Below, piece by piece: positions 27,701 to 40,312 of a DNA stretch of 64,000 nt; the stretch's first letter is position 1, and every line of letters begins with the position of its first letter. The notes beneath the pieces were generated by a model. That model did no database searches. It had not been told where the DNA came from and worked only from the letters and a program-made list of their open reading frames with translations. The position numbers and the translations under genes are program-made. The stretch comes from Antedon mediterranea (taxonomy: Eukaryota; Animalia; Echinodermata), in assembly GCF_964355755.1 (NCBI RefSeq), contig NC_092679.1:12569432-12633431 (forward strand), written 5' to 3'.

Positions 27701-28004
27701 CCAACGCTTACGTTGTTCAACAAATGGGAACTTGGTATGCGGCGGTGCACCTGTGTTGAGCTTGAATGCATTCCTTGCATACAAGACTTGTTTGCGTAAC
27801 ACTGCCTGATTGGTACGGCTAAACATTTCATACAGTAATACGGTAGCACCAAAAACACCAAACAACACCAAAAATACCCTCAAAACGATATCAAAATGAA
27901 ACAGAAATGTTAAAAAATGATGAAACAAAAGTTATACACAGTACAAAAACCACATATATACGTATATGCTGGTCGGAGAGCCGCTAAATTAGCGCTGCCG
28001 AGTC
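24796..28004 (-). mobile_element. near full-length non-LTR retrotransposon (single ORF APE+RT; Rex-Babar/CR1-L2 group)
   Basis: APE motifs (FSESW, GGGVA, SGDFN, LDLLITN, SDH), RT motifs (DFRKAFD, GVPQGTKLGP, KYVDD), C-terminal TKRFNNSCFP, (AAT)n tail right after the stop. Possible AAGTAC TSD (24790-24795 / 28005-28010); 5' boundary tentative. Confidence 0.92.
24827..27928 (-). pseudogene. LINE ORF (~1033 aa) with two in-frame nonsense codons
   Basis: ORFs 27479-27928, 26522-27472 and 24827-26401 are in one frame: MLTNP*SIMNK (TAG) and RNQVI*EIKQAK (TGA). Confidence 0.88.
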
Positions 28005-28756
28005 AAGTACGTCCACTCCCTTTCTCCGGGAGAACTATGTTAGGCCGGGAGACAAGTCCAAAATACAGGAGTCTCCCACCTAAAACAGGAGTGTTGACAT
28101 ACGCTACTGTTTACAATTATTTCTGATACTTCTTTTCATCATGTATGCTGTATATATGTTTTAAAGTTCTACTTTCGATGGTAAAGTAGTGCACTGTTCA
28201 TTTGTGATAACAATCTTTATGCTGCCAAGGGCCATATCTCATGACTTATTACCGGTGATGCCATAAGTGTTGCAATTGTGAGTTTTATGGGTTGAAATTA
28301 AAGATGTACAATCATTAAGAACGTTGTTCTACTCTTGATGGGTTTGACGCCTTATTGTCTACCGAATGGCTATAAATTTTTATATCTACCAATCAAGAAA
28401 ATTGCAGTTACATGCCAGGAGTATTTAGTTTTGAATAGGCTCTATTAAGCTTTGATACATGCAGTATTTATATGGTCATTTTAAATGCACTTTTTATTTT
28501 TAATGTATGCATAGAGATTTAGTGTGAAAACATGTTTAATCACTAAAATAGTCTAGCATTACTCCAGAAGACGACAGTTGTAGTATAACAACCAAAATGA
28601 CGAGAAATTCTCAACTTTTACCTAATTTCCTGTTTGGAAACAAAAGTGTACTGCAAACCTAATACTGAATCGGTTAATGAGCTGTACTAATATTTGCTCA
28701 GAATTCAATTTAAAATATTGTATAGTGCACATATCTGGTAAAACTGGTAAACATTT

Positions 28757-29062
28757 TAATAATAATAATAATAGTTCATTCTTATATAGCGCATATAAGC
28801 AAGCTCTCAATGCGCTGAACAATTACCCCAGTCATTTTTTTGGATCAAACACGTATGGAAACATACTCCCAGAATGCAGCTAGTAATCAGCGCAAAGTTG
28901 TGTCTTGATCCAACCGGGTACCCATTTATACACCTGGGTGGAGAGAGGCAAATTTAAGTAAAGTATCTTGCTTACGGATACAAGCAGTGCTGTGAGAGTT
29001 GGATTCGAACCTTGGTCTCACAATCAGTAATCCAACGTCCAAAACACTGCGCCAGATGCCCT
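28757..29062 (-). mobile_element. tRNA-derived SINE with CORE-like domain
   Basis: A/B boxes (TGGCGCAGTG, GGTTCGAATCC), CTCTCTCCACCCAGGTGTATAAATGGGTAC, GCGCTATATAAG + (TTA)n tail. Confidence 0.78.
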
Positions 29063-29704
29063 CACACAAACATTTTGTATAGCCTACATTATTCAAAATA
29101 ACCATTAAAATAGTCTTCAAAAAGGAACTGGAGAAAGTATCTCTTTGCTACAAGGTTCTGTTTCTGCTGCGAAATTATAACCAATTAATAACCATGTGAA
29201 TACATTTGTTTTCAACAAGTTAAATTATAGCATGAAAATAACGGTTAAAAATGAGTGGCAGTTAGAACGCCATTTAACCAGTTATCACTGTGCAACTTAT
29301 AGCAACAATGCAAAACAGCAGTGTAATATTGCATTTTGGCTAATTTTCATGTTTTAACAAACAACCGATATTTTACATGGTTATTTAACAGTTTATTTTG
29401 GTGCTATGCAGTCAAAGCAAGCTAGGCCAATCAAAGTACAAGACTACACGTATACATAATTAAATTTGCACCTGTAAATTCTGACAGCAGACAGTTTTAC
29501 AGTTTTTTTTGTCATTTTTTTTTTAATGAGTGGTAATCAGGTTTTCTAAAGAACTTTAGTACATTGTGATAGCCGATTCAAATCGGTCATTTATATATAC
29601 TGTACAGTAAATTCAATAATTATTCTAATGATAACAATAATAACAGATAATACTATAAGAATGAACAATTTGGCAATTATTTTGGTTTGTCATTGGAAAG
29701 CAAT

Positions 29705-30212
29705 AGGGAGGTTTCGCAACCTTACGAATACGATAACGAAAACGGATACGTCATACATTTGTGAAACTTTTGAGCTGTTCCCCATTTCATATTCGTAAAG
29801 CGTATTCGTGTTGACGAATATCACCAGTCATATTCGTAACTACAAAACGAGTATAGTTTTTGATCTATTTTTGCACATTTTGCATTTGAATCAGGAATGA
29901 TTCATGATTATAATATAATTATAGATTTATTGAAAGTAATTTACTAAAGTAATTTACTGAAATGCCAAGTCAATTTGATAAATAGCAGTTTTTAAAGTCC
30001 TCACTCGCTTTGATGTTACGCTAGGCCTAGGCAGCCAAGCACCAAGCAACACGTACCTGCGCTTCGCTCAAATTTACCGCAGTCATCTTTTGGACGTGCC
30101 TCAATATTTCGTTGCCATGCGAAACAGATTTTTACTGGCTTACGAAAAACGAATACGTGTGCGTGACGTATCCGTTTTCGTTATCGTATTTGTAAGATTG
30201 CGAAACCTCTCT
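29705..30212. mobile_element. MITE, PIF/Harbinger-related (ANT target)
   Basis: ~50-bp TIRs AGGGAGGTTTCGCAA... / ...TTGCGAAACCTCTCT; 3-bp TSD AAT. Confidence 0.8.
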
Positions 30213-31089
30213 AATAACTGTAATCATTGGTTTATAAATATCACACGTTTAACCAAATAACGACCTAGACTGGTCATGCCACAGATTCCTCTTACTATCA
30301 TCAATATCAGTGGTCCAAAAATCGTGGATTCAATTCTTGTCTAGTATCAAAATGTTTAAATACTTGGCTGTATTATATATTAATTGATTTAGGTTCACTC
30401 ATCCACATCTGTTATGTTTATATCATAAAGACTAAACATAAACTGATTTCCTTAGTTCCACATTAGCTCGCAATAAATAAATTTAAAAGTCAATTGTTAG
30501 ATTATAATACAGACTATTGTTTGATATCATTAACTGTATTTAAATAGCTAACTGGTTAATATCCGTCATCTGTGCAATAGTTTTCTGCTTTCTAGAGGGC
30601 GCCACATTGTTCTGATTTGCACCAACTGTTTTTTGTTTAACTAAAAGCCAAGTCCCAGTCTGGACTTTTATAAGTGGTTCTTTGTCAAGGGCATAGCTGG
30701 CAGTCTTAAGTAAACACAAGATTTAAGATTCAAATTTAGAAATTTGATTTTCCCACATAATTTTACATATAAAAAACAGCATAATCACCATTTATTAAAG
30801 TGATCAACCATATTAGGATTACAAATAAACATGTTATTAAAATTTATTGTTATAAACTAAATGCTATTAATTTAGGTGACATAACATAAATTTACCAGTA
30901 ATTTGAAAGTATGTATAGTTATAGTACTCTCATTGCCTTGAAAGAGGAAGGAATAGTATTATTATTATCTGTTCATTCACTTTTTTGTTTAATTTTTCTT
31001 ATTTTTCTTATTTATTTTGTATTTTTATTGAGATCTAATCACTAACTAGTGTTACCAACATCAATTTATATTTAATATTTTCTTTATAG

Positions 31090-31239
31090 GTGATAGTTAC
31101 AATTAATGACACGTTGACAGAAAAAGGACAAACAGGAGGAGATTACTCAACATTAACAATAACGACAAGGTTCTACGTTGGTGGAATCGACAATACAGAT
31201 TTTGGAGATGTGGACAACTTTAGGGGCAATATTAGACAG
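31090..31239 (+). CDS. NRXN: alpha-neurexin exon, LNS2 continuation
   Basis: tttatAG / CAG-GTAGGT, 150 nt, phase 0-0. VIVTINDTLTEKGQTGGDYSTLTITTRFYVGGIDNTDFGDVDNFRGNIRQ resembles [32 protein letters not shown]...NFMGCLKE. Confidence 0.95.
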
Positions 31240-31377
31240 GTAGGTGAATTATACTCTGGTATACTTCAGTGGTCCTCTTAAGAAAAGTACAATGAGAATT
31301 AAGGGGTCCAGCCTGCCTGTTCCCTAAATTTTGTGAATTACAATGCAGAAGATTTACAAAGTTTAATTCATTTTAAA

Positions 31378-31705
31378 TTACTTGTTTACTTACTTGTTTA
31401 CTTGTTTCCGGAGCTCAGCAATGCTGGGTCCGGAGTCGAGGCTAGGCTATGCCTATAAGCCCCTCTTGATAATTACATCAACTCTTGAATATGGCGCAAA
31501 TTTAAGAGGGTGGTTGGACCATGCCCGTTCAAGACCGGACTTAAATTGATTGGTTGATCTTGAAGCTACTACATCCTCCGATAACGAATTCCATAATATA
31601 ATAGCTTTTCGACCAAATGAGTCCCTCATCCAATTTGTGCGTGAGAACTTAAATTTTGATTTAAAAGAATGACCACGTGTTCTAAAATCTTCATCACGCT
31701 GTGTA
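31378..31705 (-). mobile_element. CR1-like LINE 3' fragment
   Basis: RTRGHSFK...SFGRKAIILWNSLSEDVVASRSTNQFKSGL and an (AAGTAAAC)n-like tail. Confidence 0.75.
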
Positions 31706-34219
31706 GTCCCTCGGCCCTCACCCTATTATAAAATCCTGGATTGTTCACTGCATCATTTTAAAAAGTCCTACCAGGCGTGCTGGTGCTAACAGGGGTAGAT
31801 TAATATTATTTGTAAATGAATTATTAATAACATTGCAATGAAACCTGATCACATTAGGCCTACTTGAAATTGAATTCAATACAGTTTTGATGAGTTATTA
31901 ATATTAAAAATGCGAAAAAATTAGCAATGTTTACACATTTACAAGGACAACTAACAAATTATCCTTGTAATTATTATGTAGCAATTTAGTTTGGTTTAGA
32001 CTGATTAACTTGCTTCACAATGAATTTCCATTTTATATTGTGAATGAAAATCAAATTAATCTGTTTGAAATGTCCTTGAAAATAGAATAGAACGTAAGCT
32101 AATATTTTCAATATTGTATAACAGTTATTAAGCTTCTCACTGTTCCCCATAGGCTATTTAAAATTGCCTGTATTATTTGTGATAGGTAATTTAGCCGAGG
32201 GGCTGTGATAAAACCCCCCGATCTCATCAATTTTGTGTGTGCATTTTAATATCAGATGGCTTAGTCTATAAGAATACATACGTTTCATATAAAATATTTA
32301 GATATCTTGCAATCCTTTTGGTCAGAATTTTTTTAATTTAAAAAAAACGTTAAATAAAGACCTTTATTGAATTCCATATGAGATGCTACACTAAATTTCT
32401 AAAGTAAAAAAAACTTGCCAGCCGGCACTACATTTTGCAACTTGTAATGCAAAAGAGTGAATATCCCACAATGCCGCGAAAATGTACATGTTTTAGACAA
32501 ACAAGAGATTCTTATATCTTAGATACTAATTAAGCATTTTGAGAAGAATAATTTACAAATTCTGCAATAAAGTACTAGTTTAATAATTGTATGTAAAATA
32601 TGAATTAGTTTAGCATTGGTATGCAGATGCATTATGAATCATAAAAGAAATCAGATATTTGAATTGACGAAAAACGTCATAAATAATAGTTTATGTCAAA
32701 ATTATTCGGTTTGAAAACAAAGTGATTTAAATGCATTACTTTACCTTAGATTAATTGCAATGAAAATAGTAACATGATACTAATGTTTTCAGTTAATTTA
32801 TCTGTGATCAATGAAGAATGAATTAACAAAATTATAAGACGCAAATGGAAAATTCAATTCAAGTGTTGGGTACAGTAAAAGAATCAATTGAAGTCTAAAT
32901 TTAATGTACTGTACTAACTTCAGTATAAGCCCACCCTGTGTTATATGGCCCCATTTTGGGTAGTGTTCATAGACCCATGTACGAACAAAAGCCTAGTTAA
33001 CCAAGACCAAAATACAGTTAGAACATCTCCTTTTGGCAAAATCTTTTCAGGTGCATCACCACTATGAAGATTGAAAGAAACTTGTTGTTCAGTCCCAAAG
33101 ATGTCCCTTTAATAGGGGTTCTAATACGTAATGAAATATCTTGAGATTTAATTGATTTGCAAATTTAAACCCCTTATTATTTATTTAGAAAATATCATTT
33201 TTAATTTTATTTACTTCATTCATACTTTAATAACTATACTTTATTACCAACAATTAATTTCTTGTGCCTACAACACTGCTGAATACATGAAATTAAGAGC
33301 TTGAAATTCAGACAGTTATCTGTCCTGATTCCTGTGTGTCTTAATAGTATTGATCATTTCCATAGATTGTAACCACCTAGACTATAGTAAATATAGTAAT
33401 CGGACGCTAGATATAGCTATAATCATCTCGATAAGTCTATTTCAATTGAAGATTAGACTAAGTATAGTATAAATATTAAATCTATATACTTTGTTTAAAT
33501 TTCATGCTTTAGCATGACCATTAGGATATCAGTATTTTCAGCGGAAAAAGGGCCAAAGTGTGTGTAATTTAGTCCCTTCTATCGGTTGTATATGCCAATG
33601 GTCAATAGTTATGACTGCAATCTTGCTATATCAATAGTTTGATGTAATAGTCATAATAATAACAGTAATAATTAATATGGACCTATACAATTAAGTACAA
33701 AATACAATTACAAAATGTTGTTTAGCGAGTATAAACCAAACACAGTAATTAGATTTTTCTTGAAATAAAAAAATCATCATTTTAATAATATATTGATATT
33801 TTTATTAAAATAGAAAAGGAATAGAAAACACCAGTGCTGAGATGGTTTTTAATTACGTACAGAAGATTGTAAAATTAATTTAACAACACATGTCAACATT
33901 CTGGTGATGTTTGTCAATGTTTATTCAGTGCAATGCTTTCAATTCTATCTTCTGTATTAAGATAAATTGTTTTATTTGGCAGTTTTAACTTTCTAACATG
34001 ATAAATGATACTACATGTTTGTTAATATGCTGCTGTAGGCTTGCTTTTAGGTACCTTTTATTTTACATTAAGATTGTTTCTACACATAAATTGGTATTTA
34101 AATTGAGTATGGTTGTCTGAAATTTGCATTATCTAACTATTTCTATTCTATTTTTTCTTATTATTATAATGTCTCCTTAACTTACCATCTTAAGTATAAT
34201 AGTAGTATTTACATAACAC

Positions 34220-34590
34220 AAATTAAAACATTCAAATTGAGTATGTGTGGTATAAATTGATGATGGCAATTGTGCAGTGTTTAGTTCAGTGAATTGAGTA
34301 TGTTTAGTGTCCTGTTTAACATTAGTGAGTTGAGTGTTTTTAAGTTTGATGTTTAGATCAGTGACTTAAGTATATGTTTATGTGTTTAGCTCAGTAATTA
34401 TTGAGTATGTTTAAATGTGATTTTTAAATTGATGGTGTTTTAGCTCATGCATTGAGTATGTTTTTTTAGTATTTAGCTTAGTGAGTAAAGAATGTTTAAT
34501 GTGGATGTTTAGCTTAGTGAGTATGTTTTATGTGATATAGGCTATCAGTGAAATGAGTATGGCAAATGTGGAGTTTAGTTCAGTGAACTT
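34220..34590. repeat. degenerate GT-rich tandem repeat
   Basis: Recurrent GTTTAG(C/T)TCAGTGA..TTGAGTATG units. Confidence 0.6.
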
Positions 34591-35614
34591 TTTATTTTGG
34601 TATGTTTTCTTTTCCCTCTGCGGTAAAATTCTGTGGTCATGTGACCTGACAGCCATTGCATTTTCTGTTTTTCATCAACAGTTGACAGCATAACAAGCAG
34701 GGGTGGCGCCAGGATCTTTCCGACGCGGGGGCTAAATTCCCCGACGGGGGGGCTATGCGAGTGGAGCGAGCATCATTTGGCTGGGGGCCAGGGGGCCACC
34801 AAGGGCCCCTGGTGGGGGTCCGGGGGGGGGGGGGATAATCCCCGGAAGCAACGCGTTATAGCGTAATTTGAGGCCATTTTAATCAGATTTAGGGTAGCCA
34901 ATTTTTTCAATTTTGTATGGTACATAAATAAAATACTGTGTGAAAAACACATCGCAAGAGGTCCGGTACGATGACTGTGTAAATCCATTCTTTCAAATTT
35001 AAAAATGAAGTTTTTAAAGTTCAATATGCCTATCATAGAAAATATACGCGAACGTTAAACCTACCCACGGGCCAAGAGGTATATCGTTATAATCGCAGAG
35101 ACGTAGGCAGGTTGCTGTCTGGGGGTGCGAAAATTGTAAATTCTCGAGATATCCATGGTCTGATCTGTAAGAAAATTTTGAAAAATAGGGCTGCTAGGTC
35201 CCCGGAAATTGCAATTATACATTGATATATAAAACGAAATTACAAGTCTATCAGAGAACAAGCCCACCGAGGTTGAGATGGAGCTAAGGACATTTAAACA
35301 ACTAGAGTTGTTAGGTCCCCGGATATTGGATTGTAGTATTTCGAAAAAAAGAAACAAAATATATAAGGCTCCAGGACCAGCCCTACCTTTAGGGTTGAGC
35401 TGCTAAGAAAATTGTGAAAAATAGACCTGCTAGGTACCTGGAAATTGCACTTATATAGGCCCATATTGAAAAATGAAACGAAATTATAAGTCTACAGAAC
35501 CAGAGCTAAGAAAATTGTCAAAAATAGAGCTGCTAGGTCCCTGCAAAACATTGAAATTATGAAACGAAATTATAGGTCCAGCCCACCATGGTTGCGGTGG
35601 AGCTAAGAAAATTC

Positions 35615-36472
35615 GGGTGTGTAGAAAGCGACGACCTCGAATTGGACGACCCCAACGACCCGGGCGACCTCGAATTGGACGACCTAGAATTGGACGACCC
35701 ATAACACGAAACCGACGACCCTAGCCTAGGCCTAAGTGTGGTATAACATCCCGAAGCCGAACATAGCCAAAGATCTTTAAACCATACCTTAAATAATACT
35801 CGCAAGCAAGCAATTGATTGAAAAAAATACAGAAATATCGCCATTTCATACTGAATGTGTCGACACGAACAAACGAACAGATATGGAACGCCAAGAGTGC
35901 ATCATTAAAACTGCATTCGACTCGATTAGCACATGAAATACCAGGTCAAAACGGCCCCTTTTTCAGCGGCGGGTGAGAAGGTTTGACAATACAATGCATG
36001 TGTGAAATGTAAAGCTTTCTTATGGCCCTCCCCATGCACATGTTCGCAACACGCTGCTTGGTAGGCCTATAGTGTTCGTTATAAGAAGACGAGATGTAAT
36101 TATACGTCCATGGTTTAACCATGTAATGTATAATATTTATTTCTTTTTAATTTATTTTTAATATGTCAAATGCAGTTTTAATGATGCACTCTTGGCGTTC
36201 CATATCTGTTCGTTTGTTCGTGTCGACACATTCAGTATGAAATGGCGATATTTCTGTATTCTTTCAATCAATTGCTTGCTTGCGAGTATTATTTAAGGTA
36301 TGGTTTAAAGATCTTTGGCTATGTTCGGCTTCGGGATGTTATACCACACTTAGGCTAGGCTATAGGGGTCGTCGGTTTCGTGTTATGGGTCGTCCAATTC
36401 TAGGTCGTCCAATTCGAGGTCGCCCGGGTCGTTGGGGTCGTCCAATTCGAGGTCGTCGCTTTCTACACACCC
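35615..36472. mobile_element. MULE/foldback-like element with ~300-bp TIRs, nested in the hAT element
   Basis: GGGTGTGTAGAAAGCG termini; 10-bp TSD AAGAAAATTC. Confidence 0.88.
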
Positions 36473-36623
36473 AAGAAAATTCTGAAAAATAGAGTTGCTA
36501 GGTCCCGGAAATTTAACTTATTATACTTCGAAGCATAAAACAAGATATATACCGGTACGTCTCCAGAACCAGCCCTACCATGGATATAAAAAAAAAATTG
36601 AAAAAATAGAGCTCTAAGTTCAA

Positions 36624-37701
36624 GGGTGTCACGAAAGCTCAGACCACGAAAGCTCAGACCCCCTAAGACCTAAGATCACGAAAGCTAAGACCCAACACCT
36701 AAGATTACAAATACTAAGATATACTACAGATTAAAAACAATACTTGTTTATCCATACATAATTTTAAACACAGTAGGTTTCATTTATTACCATAAATATA
36801 ATTTAATACTACCGCAAAACATAGATAAACTCACATTATTTTCACCCGTTGAGTAAATGTATATTTTTTCTTTACAACAAACAAACTTGACGGGTTGTTT
36901 GTTGGTATATATTTACTCCATTGTGTTGGTTCAGAGGATGTTTTTCTTACGCACCTGCCTTTCTTGTATTTTGACTCCAAATTTGTTGACTAACTTTATC
37001 CTGAACACCACACTTTAAAATTAGGACTTATAAGTACTTTCAGAAGGAGAAACACATAATAACAAATAAATAAATCCTTTAAATTGATGATTTTACATAT
37101 GTGTTTCTTTGTATACTGTAATGTAACTCCTCGAGCTCCCACCATGCTCAATGTTTTTGTTTCCATGGAGCGCCAAAAGAGCAACAATAATAGTACAAGC
37201 ATAAAAACAGAAAGAAAACGAAACAAAAAAACTTATCATGATTTTTAAATTAAAATTTATTTGCCAGTATTTATTTCTTCGTACTTGCATGATTATACTA
37301 TTATCATTACAATTTTAATTTTACATTGTTCCATCCACACTGTAGATGGACTCCACGGAGTTTTCAGCCCTCTATATAATTTTTGCTCTTTTGACGTTCC
37401 ATAGAAACAAAAACATTGAACATGGGGTAGGCCTACTGTAGTACTGTAGGCTAGTCATTTTGTGTGCGAGAAAAACGTCTGTAAAATCATCAATTTAAAA
37501 ATGTATTTGTTACTTTTTATGTGATTCTTTTTCATGAAAGTGCCAATTCTAAGGTGTGGTATTCAGAATAAATGTTGGGAGTTAAAATACAAGGCAGGTG
37601 CGAAAGATAAATATTTGTAATCTTAGGTGTTGGGTCTTAGCTTTCGTGATCTTAGGTCTTAGGGGGTCTGAGCTTTCGTGGTCTGAGCTTTCGTGACACC
37701 C
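36624..37701. mobile_element. second MULE/foldback-like element nested in the hAT element
   Basis: GGGTGTCACGAAAGC termini with ~90-bp TIRs; 10-bp TSD CTAAGTTCAA. Confidence 0.88.
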
Positions 37702-39119
37702 CTAAGTTCAATGCACTGACTGTATATTGTACATCGAAATATGAAACAAAATGTACGGTAAGTATACATGACCAGTTCTATAATTGGGGACGGTTGAGCT
37801 AAGACAATTTTGAAAACTAGAGATGCAGGTCTTCAAAAATTACACCTATACTTTAAAAAAATTCAGACATAGAGGCCTAAACAAGTTACCCTTTTTACCT
37901 TTTATTTGGAGGGGAATGCGTCCACAAGCGTAGATCATTTTCCGTCGGGGAAATCAGTTTATTTCCCAGATGTGAATCTGGAATTTCGATGTACGAGCAG
38001 TTCATGACATACAGGACATTGGAAATGTAATAACTTAGCTATAATAAGATGTTGGCTAAACGAAAATGGCATGTTTTTTGTTTAGTAATGTAGGCCGAGC
38101 CTACAGTGAAAAACGTCTATTTCAGGTTCAGGTACCCCACGGTAATCGTAAATTAAAAAATTGAACATACGAACAATAAAATAGATCGCGAAGATAATTC
38201 GTACCCTTTTGCTGTCGATACACAGTACACGACGCAACGCGTCAGTAAACTTCGCCTGGAAAGTAACTACAGTACACATTCTGGTCCCTGGGTGGAACAT
38301 GATATCACGCGTAAACCGCAATGGGCCGGGCCCAATGTTAAACGATTCGTACAAAGGGATACCGCCAGACAAGTGCATACCTATTGTTTATTAGATCGCT
38401 GGCAATAATGCATGCATAATAAAGTGTAATAGCCCTCCGACGTACTTAACAAAAATGGAACTTCGCGGTTTTCTAGTCGCTGAAGCTACGAAGTAAACGC
38501 GAATGATTTTTACTTTATATTATATTCCCCGACGAAAAGTACTCGCGTTCCCCGACGTGGGGGCTAGGCTCCCCGATGAAGTGGCTACAGCCCCCGTAGC
38601 GCCCCCCCCCCCCCGCTGGCGCCACCACTGATAACAAGTCATAGTAGAGGGTCAATGTATATGGTGGCTCTAAGGGATTTCATTGGAATTAAACTTCTAG
38701 CCTATAGAACACTTAATGTTTATAATATGTCATAAATTTTAATATTCCTAAAGATGATTTTTTAATTCAAATCAATTTACAACTTTTCCAATAATCTTGT
38801 CATTTGTCAGACAAACTTATTCATTTATTAGGTTTTAGGTTTAGAAAATAAATGTTTTAAAAACAAGCAGTGTGCAGAATATTATAAAACTTTATTGCTA
38901 TCGTTTTTATTGCGTATCAGAATTTCTGAGCTGCTCATTTATGCAAGCATTATTTGAGAGGTTGTTTTGTCCTAATTTCAAGTAAATGATCTACAAACCA
39001 CTTGGGGGCTTGTAGGAGTTTGGTTGACTAGCTCGGAGTTGGCTTAGTATATGAAAAACATACATTATTTTCAACAATTAAGAAATACTGAAATTGATTT
39101 AAAATTAATTATATTTAAA

Positions 39120-39372
39120 AAAAATTCGTTAAAAAGTCTGAGAGTGCCACTGGTATAAAAGTTGGTTCTATTAAGGCCAATAAGGCACGATTTAAAAATA
39201 GTTTCTTTCCCGGAGCTATTACAGCCTTAAACATCATGTACACACTTTTGGAAATGTTTTTGAGTTCATCTTGTGTCCGTTGGATATTGTGCTCCGCCAA
39301 CAGAGCAAACAGAATTTCTATGTTTTTTCTTAAAACAAATGACAATAAATGATACTTGAATTGACTTGACTA
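39120..39372 (+). mobile_element. Rex1/Babar-like LINE 3' fragment
   Basis: SIKANKARFKNSFFPGAITALN, then AATAAA and a CTTGA-repeat tail. Confidence 0.65.
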
Positions 39373-39427
39373 TAGTTACTTATCGAAAGATTACACTCAA
39401 TTTATTATTTTTAATAAGATCATATAC

Positions 39428-39472
<45 letters not shown>

Positions 39473-39570
39473 CATACTGTAAATTATAGAAACAGTGCTC
39501 ATATTCGGAACATGATCTCATAATCGCGTCGAGCATAGCTCATTGGCGAAAGTTCCGTATATATATATAT

Positions 39571-39737
39571 CACTTGCACTGATGAAGGGCTAGTGTTGCC
39601 CGAAAGCTCTGCTAACCTTTCTGGCTGTTTTACTTTATCGTTTTGATTTAGCTTTTTGATTTTTTTTGTATCTCCATTGAGATCCAGCCACTGATACCCA
39701 CAGCATTGTCATTTTTCAGTTATTTGCCTTTGGATTT
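39571..39737 (+). repeat. family A repeat, TA-flanked
   Basis: Shares gagatccagccactgatacccacagcattg with the other copies. Confidence 0.85.
39576..39612 (+). ncRNA. minimal hammerhead-like motif of repeat family A
   Basis: GCA CUGAUGA A GGGC-UAGUGUU-GCCC GAAAGCUC UGC, with palindromic AGCU in place of stem III. Confidence 0.6.
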
Positions 39738-39749
39738 ATATATATATAC

Positions 39750-40312
39750 GTTAAGTCTGGAAAAGAAGTAAAAACTATTGTTTGGTCTCTACAGGCTTGT
39801 TTCGTGAGTTGTGCAACTCACTCATCAGGAGACTATAATGAGAACAATCAATTACAATTTTGCTTATAAGCACATTTGCTTGTAGAATTAGCATTTACAG
39901 GTGATATGTTTTGGAATGTCAGCTGTTATATGTAACAATGCTTTCTTTCTGTACCGGCAGGAAGACACAAGTTTGTTAATGTCGATAATTCAGGGTAGCG
40001 GATGATAAATAATTTCTCTTTGAGGTCGAGGTTGCATTTTTTGTTTGCGCTACTATATCCTTTAGTAGATGCCAAGATGCGCCATGAGATTGAATAGACT
40101 GTGTTGTTGTCCTTGAGTGTCCAAATATGTTTACTGAGTTTGGTTGAGTTTCTAGATTGCGTATGACGGAATGATGAGGTGTGATTTCTGTATCGTATTT
40201 TAAAATCATTTTCAGTGAGTCCGATATAAGTTTCCGAGGTAGATTTGTCTTTGCGTGTAACTGTGGCTTGGTATATTACAGATGATTGTAGGCAATTTCC
40301 GTTTAGCGCGCA
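39750..40312 (-). mobile_element. 5'-truncated Penelope-like element: GIY-YIG endonuclease remnant plus 3' pLTR with hammerhead
   Basis: From 40312 the minus strand reads CALNGNCLQSSVIYQATVTRKDKSTSETYIGLTENDFKIRYRNHTSSF...LSKHIWTLKD...KKCNLDLKEKLFII (VIY...YIG motifs). TA runs flank both sides. Confidence 0.88.
39785..39833 (-). ncRNA. type I hammerhead ribozyme motif
   Basis: GUCUC CUGAUGA GUGAGUU-GCAC-AACUCAC GAA ACA-AGCC-UGU A GAGAC: canonical core, three paired stems, GUA cleavage triplet. Confidence 0.85.

Larger units (their letters stand above)
34698..38630. mobile_element. non-autonomous hAT-type DNA transposon
   Basis: TIRs CAGGGGTGGCGCCAG / CTGGCGCCACCACTG; exact 8-bp TSD ATAACAAG (34690-34697, 38631-38638). 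Confidence 0.9.

Noticed and set aside
39976-40209. 77-aa ORF from the track
   Set aside because: Off-frame overlap of the GIY-YIG remnant.
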